A stretch of 32,000 nucleotides of DNA from Allobaculum fili (GTDB taxonomy: Bacteria; Bacillota_I; Bacilli_A; Erysipelotrichales; Erysipelotrichaceae), in NCBI RefSeq assembly GCF_020969955.1, contig NZ_JAHDSX010000023.1:1-32000 (forward strand), read 5' to 3'. Positions 25,894 through 32,000 of the stretch are shown here, one piece after another (the stretch's first letter is position 1; every line of letters starts with the position of its first letter). The position numbers and the translations under genes were made by a program. The notes beneath the pieces were generated by a model, which worked only from the letters and a program-made list of their open reading frames with translations, searched no databases and had not been told where the DNA came from.

Positions 25894-25935
25894 AACCGGC
25901 CGGCGCTCAAAACGAGATGCCGACTGGTTTTTTGT
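25894..25935 (+). terminator. intrinsic terminator after prfB
   Basis: Imperfect 11-bp stem AACCGGCCGGC / GCCGACTGGTT (9 of 11 paired) followed by TTTTTTG. Confidence 0.65.
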
Positions 25936-26194
25936 ATGCTGCAAAGCGGAAAGAAAAAGATTCGGCAGAAACAGACTTTTTCAAAATCGCTCAGGAAAGC
26001 CGGGAAACGGGACATTTTCCAGACACCGCGCTCTCACTCTCGATGAAGAGCGATAGGATGGAAACAGGACGATAAAAAACGGACGGCTTTTGAGCGGACT
26101 GCGGCTGACGACGGGGTCCGATCGTCATGCGGGAGTGCTCCCAGGCCGATCCCAAAAGTAAAAGCCAGTTCAGGATGGCAAGAAAGGATTTCCA

Positions 26195-27124
26195 ATGAAA
26201 ATTCATGAGACGATTCTGGATGTGATCGGCAATACGCCCCTGGTGGAAGCCGGTGTACTGGAACAGGAAAACGATTCGAAAGCCCGCGTGGTCTTCAAGC
26301 TGGAAGCGCTCAATCCGGGCGGATCCGCAAAAGACCGCATTGCGCTGCACATGATTGAAAAAGCCGAAAAAGAAGGGCGCCTGAAAAAAGGCATGACCAT
26401 TATTGAAGCCACTTCCGGAAATACCGGCATCGGCGAAGCGCTCGTGGGCGCACGCAAAGGCTATCGCACGATTATTGTTATGCCGGATTCTATGTCGATA
26501 GAACGCCGCAATCTGCTTAAGGCCTTCGGCGCGGAAGTCGTTTTGACCAAAGGCAGAGAAGGCATGGCCGGCGCGGTAGCCAAAGCCGAAGAAATCGGAA
26601 AAGAAATCGGCGATGTCTTTGTACCGGGTCAGTTTGAAAATCCGGACAACCCTGAAACGCACTATCTGACGACCGGTCCGGAAATCTGGGAAGATACGGA
26701 CGGCAAGGTCGACATTTTTGTTGCCGGCGTCGGCACGGGCGGAACGCTCAGCGGTGTCGGAAAATACCTCAGGGAAAAAAATCCGAACGTGAAAATCGTG
26801 GCGGTCGAACCCGCCGGCTCTCCGCTGCTTTCGGGCGGCAAAGCCGGTCCACACAAGCTGCAGGGCATTGGCGCCAACTTCATTCCGGATACGCTCGATC
26901 GCTCGATTTATGACGAAGTGATCGAAGTCAGCGACGAAGACGCGCTGAAAACGGGCCGGGATCTGGCGCGCAAGGAAGGTATTCTGGCCGGCATTTCCTC
27001 CGGCGCGGCGGCAGCCGCGGCTTTAGAACTGGCTTCCCGTCTGGAAAACGAAGGCAAGCTCATTGTGGCGCTCCTTCCCGATACCGGCGATCGCTATCTT
27101 TCCAGCGAAATGTTTACAGACTGA
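26195..27124 (+). CDS. cysK: cysteine synthase A (O-acetylserine sulfhydrylase)
   Basis: 309 aa with IGNTPLV, LNPGGSAKDR (PLP lysine), TSGNTGIG and GVGTGGTLSGVG. Confidence 0.92.
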   Translation: MKIHETILDVIGNTPLVEAGVLEQENDSKARVVFKLEALNPGGSAKDRIALHMIEKAEKEGRLKKGMTIIEATSGNTGIGEALVGARKGYRTIIVMPDSMSIERRNLLKAFGAEVVLTKGREGMAGAVAKAEEIGKEIGDVFVPGQFENPDNPETHYLTTGPEIWEDTDGKVDIFVAGVGTGGTLSGVGKYLREKNPNVKIVAVEPAGSPLLSGGKAGPHKLQGIGANFIPDTLDRSIYDEVIEVSDEDALKTGRDLARKEGILAGISSGAAAAAALELASRLENEGKLIVALLPDTGDRYLSSEMFTD

Positions 27125-27160
27125 TCGAATACAGATACACAATCGAAAAAGAATATGAGA

Positions 27161-27190
27161 AAACGGCAGGCCGCAAAGGGCCTGCCGTTT
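27161..27190 (+). terminator. probable terminator after cysK
   Basis: Perfect 10-bp stem ACGGCAGGCC/GGCCTGCCGT (27163-27172 / 27179-27188) flanked by AA...TT. The T-run is short. Confidence 0.55.
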
Positions 27191-27352
27191 GCCGTATAGG
27201 GGACACATGGTTTAAAAGAAGCGCTGCAGGCACAACTCGCTGGTTTTGACGATATATACCGCTTTTCTCCCCCCCATACGGCATAAAAATTGCGATATAT
27301 GTTTTATGCCAAGAAATGTAAAGGGTTACATCAAAAACAGGAGAAAAAGAAA

Positions 27353-28494
27353 ATGGTAAATCGTTTTGTTCCCAATGCCGTTTCCTATCACGGCAAAGGG
27401 GGGATTCAGGAAATTCCTGGAATCGTCCGAAGCAAAGGCTTCAAAAAAGCGTTTATCGCGACCGACCCGGATCTGGTGAAATTTGGCGTAACGAAGAAAA
27501 TTACCGATCTGCTCGACGCGAACGGCATGGACTACACAGTCAATTTCGACATCCAGCCCAACCCGACCATCGAAAATGTGCAGCACGGCGTCAAAGCGTA
27601 TAAGGAATCCGGTGCAGACTCCATGATTACCGTCGGCGAAGGAAGCGCATGGATACCGGCAAAGCCATCGGCATTATCATCAACAACCCTGAGTTTGCGG
27701 ACGTTCGCTCGCTCGAAGGCGTTGCCGACACGAAAAATCCGACTGTCTTCACCATTGCTGTCCCGACGACAGCAGGAACCGCTGCCGAAGCGACGATCAA
27801 CTACGTGATCATCGATCCAGAACGCAAGCGTAAATTCGTCTGTGTCGATACGAACGACATTCCTAACGTGGCGATCGTTGACCCCGACATGATGAGTTCC
27901 ATGCCTAAAGGGCTCAGAGCTGCAACCGGAATGGATACGCTGACGCACGCAATTGAAGGCTGCACGACCGCAGCGGCCTGGGAACTGGCCGACTGCCTCA
28001 ACCTGGAAGCCATTCACCTGATCAGCCAGAATCTGCGCAAGACGGTCGAAAACGACCCCGAAGGCCGTGAAGGCATGGCGCTTGGTCAGTTTGTAACCGG
28101 CATGGCGTTCTCGAACGTCGGCCTGGGCATTGCCCACTCCATGGCGCACACACTCGGTGCGTTCTACAACGCGCCCCATGGCGTAGCGTGCGCAATCCTG
28201 CCGCCCATCGTGATGGAATACAACCAGAAAGCAACCGGCGATAAGTTCAGAAAAATTGCGGAAGCCATGGACGTCGATACGACGGGCATGAGCGAAAAGG
28301 AATACCGCAAAGCTACCATTGACGCGGTGAAGAAACTTTCCGCCGACGTAGGCATTCCAGAAAAGCTGGATGCGCTGCGCGAAGAAGATCTCGATTTCCT
28401 TGCCGAATCCGCCTATGCAGATGCGTGCCGTCCGGGAAATCCGAGAGAAACCTCCGTTGCGGACATGAAGGACCTGTCCCGTAAACTGATGTAA
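27353..28494 (+). pseudogene. iron-containing alcohol dehydrogenase (FucO / lactaldehyde reductase-like) interrupted by a 1-nt frameshift
   Basis: The N-terminal part (ATG 27353 with AGGAGA RBS; MVNRFVPNAVSYHGKG...MITVGEGSA) and the C-terminal part (frame of 27649; MDTGKAIGII...PTTAGTAAE...GMDTLTHAIE...HSMAHTLG) are contiguous pieces of one Fe-ADH. The frames join only if one nucleotide is added between 27648 and 27649. Confidence 0.8.
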
Positions 28495-28563
28495 TCTGAC
28501 GCGATCCGCTTTTACCCGGCATGGCGAAGCGGATCTGGGAACATACGCTGTTCTGAACCGATT

Positions 28564-28623
28564 TGCGGCTCTGATGCAAAGATCCGATCAAGGACCTGAA
28601 CGATCAGAGCCGCATTTCTTTTT
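28564..28623 (+). terminator. probable terminator after the ADH locus
   Basis: 12-bp stem TGCGGCTCTGAT/ATCAGAGCCGCA (28564-28575 / 28603-28614) with a long 27-nt loop, followed by TTTCTTTTT. Confidence 0.5.
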
Positions 28624-28781
28624 GTCCTGTTTCTTTATTCCTTGTCGACCGGTTGTGTCTGCCTGTGGGCGTCTGAAGAGAATTTCGGATTTCTTGGTGC
28701 GGCAGGGCGTCTGTCCTAAAATGGAAGCGATAAAGAAGAATCCAGTCCGTTAACGCTCTGGAAGAAAGGAGAATACAGAAT

Positions 28782-29723
28782 ATGGGTATGTTTGATTTTT
28801 TAACGTCCGGCGCAATTGAGGAAATGCTGAATGCGATGAGCGACGAAGAAAAGAAACAGATTCTGGAGCAGGCGCACAATCTTGCCCAGAACATGGATAT
28901 GCAGACGCTTGCAAGGCAGATGTCCGATCTCTCGGACATGTTTAATACCGAGAGTACAGGACAGCCGGAGACAGAGACCGATTCTGAACAGAAAAACGGC
29001 GCGCAAAGCGGCGTTGAAGAAGAGCGTATGGAAGAAAATGCCGATCCAGATTCCGTAAACCAGAGCGCTGATCCGTTGGAAGAGGAGCCGGCTGGATTCG
29101 TAAGCGAAGAACAGGAAGCTGAAAAAGAAGAGACCGCAGAAGAAGAGACCGCAGAAGAAGAGACCGCAGAAGAGGAAAGCGAAGAAGAAGCCGAAGGCGA
29201 AGAGGATGAAACTGAAGAGGATGAAGAAGAGCCGACAATTGATGCCTTCTTTGGTTTCCGTCCGATTCTGTGCACGGCGATGGATGCGCAGACCAGAGAG
29301 TTTCTGGAAGCGGCGATGGATCTGGAAATTTACTATGAAGACATGGAAAATCCGGATCTGAGCGCGTCCGTTCTGTTTTTAGCCAAGGCGCTTCTCAGCC
29401 TGCTTCGTGAAGGTGTCTGTCCGTATCTGGCGGAACTTGGCGTGCCCGGCTTTAATCGTCCCGACGATACCCGGCTGGAAGACTACACACGCTTTGCCTC
29501 GGATACTTCATTTGACTTTTCCATTCTCAACGACAGAAAGCAGCGCGTTCTGGCAGGAAGTCTCATGAATGAAATCCTGCATTCCACCGCACTGTGCGCT
29601 CTGGCAGAAGCCCTTTACAGCGCACAAAACGATCGCATCGATCAAAAGACGCTTCAGGAACTCAAAGCGCAGCTGGAAGAAGAAGGTCTTCTCGAAAAGC
29701 TGGTTTTGCTGGAAAACGCCTGA
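28782..29723 (+). CDS. hypothetical, extremely acidic protein
   Basis: 313-aa ORF with AAAGGAG 10 nt upstream. A central D/E-rich low-complexity region spans roughly nt 28944-29240, followed by a structured-looking C-terminal ~160 aa. The antisense 223-aa ORF is a poly-Ser mirror image. Confidence 0.65.
   Translation: MGMFDFLTSGAIEEMLNAMSDEEKKQILEQAHNLAQNMDMQTLARQMSDLSDMFNTESTGQPETETDSEQKNGAQSGVEEERMEENADPDSVNQSADPLEEEPAGFVSEEQEAEKEETAEEETAEEETAEEESEEEAEGEEDETEEDEEEPTIDAFFGFRPILCTAMDAQTREFLEAAMDLEIYYEDMENPDLSASVLFLAKALLSLLREGVCPYLAELGVPGFNRPDDTRLEDYTRFASDTSFDFSILNDRKQRVLAGSLMNEILHSTALCALAEALYSAQNDRIDQKTLQELKAQLEEEGLLEKLVLLENA
29124..29168 (+). repeat. 15-nt in-frame tandem repeat (3 copies) encoding EETAE units
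   Basis: GAAGAAGAGACCGCA occurs at 29139-29153 and 29154-29168. A one-mismatch copy lies at 29124-29138 and a degenerate fourth unit follows. Confidence 0.9.
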
Positions 29724-29764
29724 TTCATTCCGATGCGATTCAAATGAAGCTTCCATACTAGACG

Positions 29765-29803
29765 AAAGCACCGGCTGATCGGGATCGAACAGCCGGTGCT
29801 TTT
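29765..29803. terminator. shared (bidirectional) terminator between convergent genes
   Basis: Perfect 13-bp stem AAAGCACCGGCTG/CAGCCGGTGCTTT (29765-29777 / 29790-29802) with a 12-nt loop. Confidence 0.65.
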
Positions 29804-29838
29804 AAAACCGAAGAAATGTGAATTGCAATAAATGGCGC

Positions 29839-30372
29839 TTAGCGGCTCTTGCGTGTCGCAAAGGCGTCAAAGCAGAGAACAACTGCCTGAACGATCAGCG
29901 CAACGCCGGCAATCGTCATAATCGTATCGATGATGGATCCGGGTTTGATGACGAGGAAAATGCCAAGAGCCAGAAGGCAGAGGGCAACAACCAGGGAGAA
30001 TACCCAGCTCGAAGCGCCATAGCTTTTTAAGACGAGCGAAGACTGAATCTGAACAATCGAGTTGATCACGAGCAGAACGCCGACGATGATCGGGATGAAG
30101 TTGATGATCGTATGCGGCCAGCACACCATGATCAGACCGAGAACCAAAGACGGAACGCCGGAAAACATCGGAGCTGTATCGGCGGATTTGTGGACGCCGA
30201 AATAGACGTAAAGCATGTAGGCGCCATAGGCGATCAGAACAATGCCGATGATGCGGACGACGGTCGTCAGAATGCTGCCCTGGAAGAAGCAGAGCGCCAG
30301 TCCGCAAAGCAGATAAAGAAGCGCCAGAACGAGCGTATCCTTTACGTTGAAATTAAACATATACCTTTTCAT
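29839..30372 (-). CDS. HdeD/DUF308-family membrane protein
   Basis: 177 aa that are almost entirely hydrophobic helices, with the repeated short-TM pattern typical of DUF308. GGAGG lies 8 nt upstream of the ATG at 30372. Confidence 0.7.
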   Translation of the reverse strand: MKRYMFNFNVKDTLVLALLYLLCGLALCFFQGSILTTVVRIIGIVLIAYGAYMLYVYFGVHKSADTAPMFSGVPSLVLGLIMVCWPHTIINFIPIIVGVLLVINSIVQIQSSLVLKSYGASSWVFSLVVALCLLALGIFLVIKPGSIIDTIMTIAGVALIVQAVVLCFDAFATRKSR

Positions 30373-30742
30373 TTGAAAACCTCCAGATCTTCTGTCTCCA
30401 TTATCGCCGAATTGAAAGGCAATAAAAGCAGGCAGGCCCGAAAGAGTCGAAAGAGATAGATAGAACGACCGTACTGTCTAAACGCAAAGACTGCCTTTCT
30501 GAAGCAGAACGTAAGAAGCGGATCGAAGAAACAGACGCTCAAAAACGGATGGACCGGTGCTGGCTCGACAAACCAGAACGGTTCAGAGGAAGAAAAGAAG
30601 AAAGTGAATGCGGAAGGGAAGGAAAGGAACAAACTCGACAGCATGTCATTTTTCTTGCTTACAGCGATTTCCCTATGGCAAACGCATCCGTCCTGAGCGC
30701 CGAAAAAGGTAAGATGAAACTGCAGAAAGAGAGATGGTAATT

Positions 30743-31288
30743 ATGAAAAAAGCCGCTGTACTGATGGACAACGGATTTGAAGAACTTGAGGCCATGGGCC
30801 CGATTGCTCTGCTCAAACGAGCCGGCATTGCGGTGGACCTGGTCAGCGCGGCCAACCTGCGCGAAGGAACCGGCCGCTTTGGAATCATCTATTCTCCAAT
30901 GATCCCTATGGATCTCTATGACTTTTCACAGGCGGATGCCCTGATTATCCCAGGCGGTCCGCACTATGCGCTGCTTGAAAAAAATCCAAAAGCGCTCGAA
31001 GTCATCCGGGAAGCCTGGAACAATCCAAACCAGATTGTCGGCGCGATTTGTGCCGCTCCGACGATCCTTGGCCATATGGGCCTGCTGGAAGGCAAGAACT
31101 ACACCTGCTTTACGTCCATGAACGAAGACTTTAAAGGCAGCTATAAAGAGCAGGGAACCGTAACGGACGGAAAACTGATTACCGGCCGTTCCGCGGGCTA
31201 CTCGATCGACTTTGCCTATGCTCTGATCGAAGCCCTGCTAGGCAAGGAAAAGCTTGATCAGCTGAAGGCTTCGATTTACGTGAAGTGA
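30743..31288 (+). CDS. DJ-1/PfpI (ThiJ) family protein
   Basis: GFEELEA, IIPGG and the nucleophile-elbow AICAAP motif. I prefer the ATG at 30743 (MKKAAVL) over 30734 because of SD spacing. Confidence 0.85.
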   Translation: MKKAAVLMDNGFEELEAMGPIALLKRAGIAVDLVSAANLREGTGRFGIIYSPMIPMDLYDFSQADALIIPGGPHYALLEKNPKALEVIREAWNNPNQIVGAICAAPTILGHMGLLEGKNYTCFTSMNEDFKGSYKEQGTVTDGKLITGRSAGYSIDFAYALIEALLGKEKLDQLKASIYVK

Positions 31289-31297
31289 GCGTGAGTA

Positions 31298-32000
31298 ATG
31301 AAGTCTAAAGCAGTTACGAAACTGGAACAAAGCTGGCTGGGGCATATTCGGCAGAATCCGACGCAAAGTCATCTGAGCGCCCTGAAAACGTCGCGCGCCA
31401 TTCAGAACTCGCCGCTCGAATACGAAGTACCCGGCGCGGTGAATCCGGTGGCCATTTACACGCGGACGCTGCACATGCCAAAGTTCTTTTCCGATGCGGA
31501 TGAAAAAGCGTTTGCGCATCTTTGCGATCAGTTTTATGGCATTTTTGAAAAGACGATTGCCGCCTACAAAGCAAATCCCGAGGTGCGAAAACTGTTCGGT
31601 TTTGATGCGAAACTCGAAGAACTGATTCAGATCGATAACCGCTATTCGAGCGCGATTCCCATGCTTCGCATCGACATTTTTTATAACGAAGACGACGGCT
31701 CGTTCAAAGTCTGCGAATTCAACACCGACGGAACGTCCGCCATGTATGAAAACCAGATGATGGACGAATTCATGGCGCTGAACAATGTATGGAACGATCT
31801 GAAACCGGCTGTGCGTCATCAGGAACTGATGGACAGCTGGGCCGAAAGTTTTCTGCAGGACGTGAAGGAAGCCGGAGTGGAAGACAAGCCTGCCATTGCG
31901 ATCAGCGATTATCTGGAAAACGCCTATCTGCCCGAGCTGTACGCGTTTCGCGACTTGTTTGAAGCCAAAGGCTATGTCTGCGAAGTCGTGGATGTCCGCG
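31298..32000 (+). CDS. glutathionylspermidine-synthase-like (pre-ATP-grasp) family protein, 3'-truncated by the window edge
   Basis: Not in the ORF track because it has no stop in the window. By manual translation the frame from ATG 31298 stays open for 234 codons (MKSKAVTKLEQSWLGHIRQNP...). RIDIFYNEDDGSFKVCEFNTDGTSAMYEN matches the R-x-D...K-x-x-E-[FY]-N-[AT]-D motif of the GspS/YgiC/YjfC family. Confidence 0.6.
   Translation, partial: MKSKAVTKLEQSWLGHIRQNPTQSHLSALKTSRAIQNSPLEYEVPGAVNPVAIYTRTLHMPKFFSDADEKAFAHLCDQFYGIFEKTIAAYKANPEVRKLFGFDAKLEELIQIDNRYSSAIPMLRIDIFYNEDDGSFKVCEFNTDGTSAMYENQMMDEFMALNNVWNDLKPAVRHQELMDSWAESFLQDVKEAGVEDKPAIAISDYLENAYLPELYAFRDLFEAKGYVCEVVDVR

Overview
Hand annotation only. 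No searches or folding programs were run, so product calls rest on recognised motifs and family-level recall. The window looks like ordinary chromosomal DNA of a Bacillota-type bacterium, judged from a T-box leader, AGGAGG-type ribosome-binding sites and many stem-loop plus T-run terminators. I support about 28 protein genes. On the + strand these are: a T-box-controlled leuA-leuC-leuD-leuB operon, an nfeD/SPFH pair, mutY, a Cof phosphatase, luxS, secA, prfB (with its programmed +1 frameshift), cysK, and a DJ-1-like gene followed by a glutathionylspermidine-synthase-like gene. On the - strand there is a run of Cof phosphatase, C-N hydrolase, yaaA and a small alarmone synthetase, followed by a LOG-family gene. 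I saw no rRNA, tRNA, CRISPR array, transposase, integrase or recognisable defence or toxin module. I cannot point to a convincing new multi-gene system. The features least explained by the annotation are: (1) a 1.3-kb gene-free, strongly purine-skewed region (9301-10636) holding an AT-rich island with divergent promoter-like hexamers, inverted repeats, three G5-6 tracts displayed in predicted hairpin loops, an array of GGAAAAY A-tracts, and a 21-nt tandem repeat carrying CGGATCCG palindromes; (2) two paralogous secreted proteins with YRLYNPN-type repeats, in inverted orientation, each preceded by an unusually long non-coding region; (3) a small alarmone synthetase translationally coupled to yaaA and followed by a LOG-family gene; (4) an iron-type alcohol dehydrogenase broken by a 1-nt frameshift; (5) an extremely acidic orphan protein with a 15-nt tandem repeat. 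The many long antisense ORFs in the track are treated as shadow ORFs.
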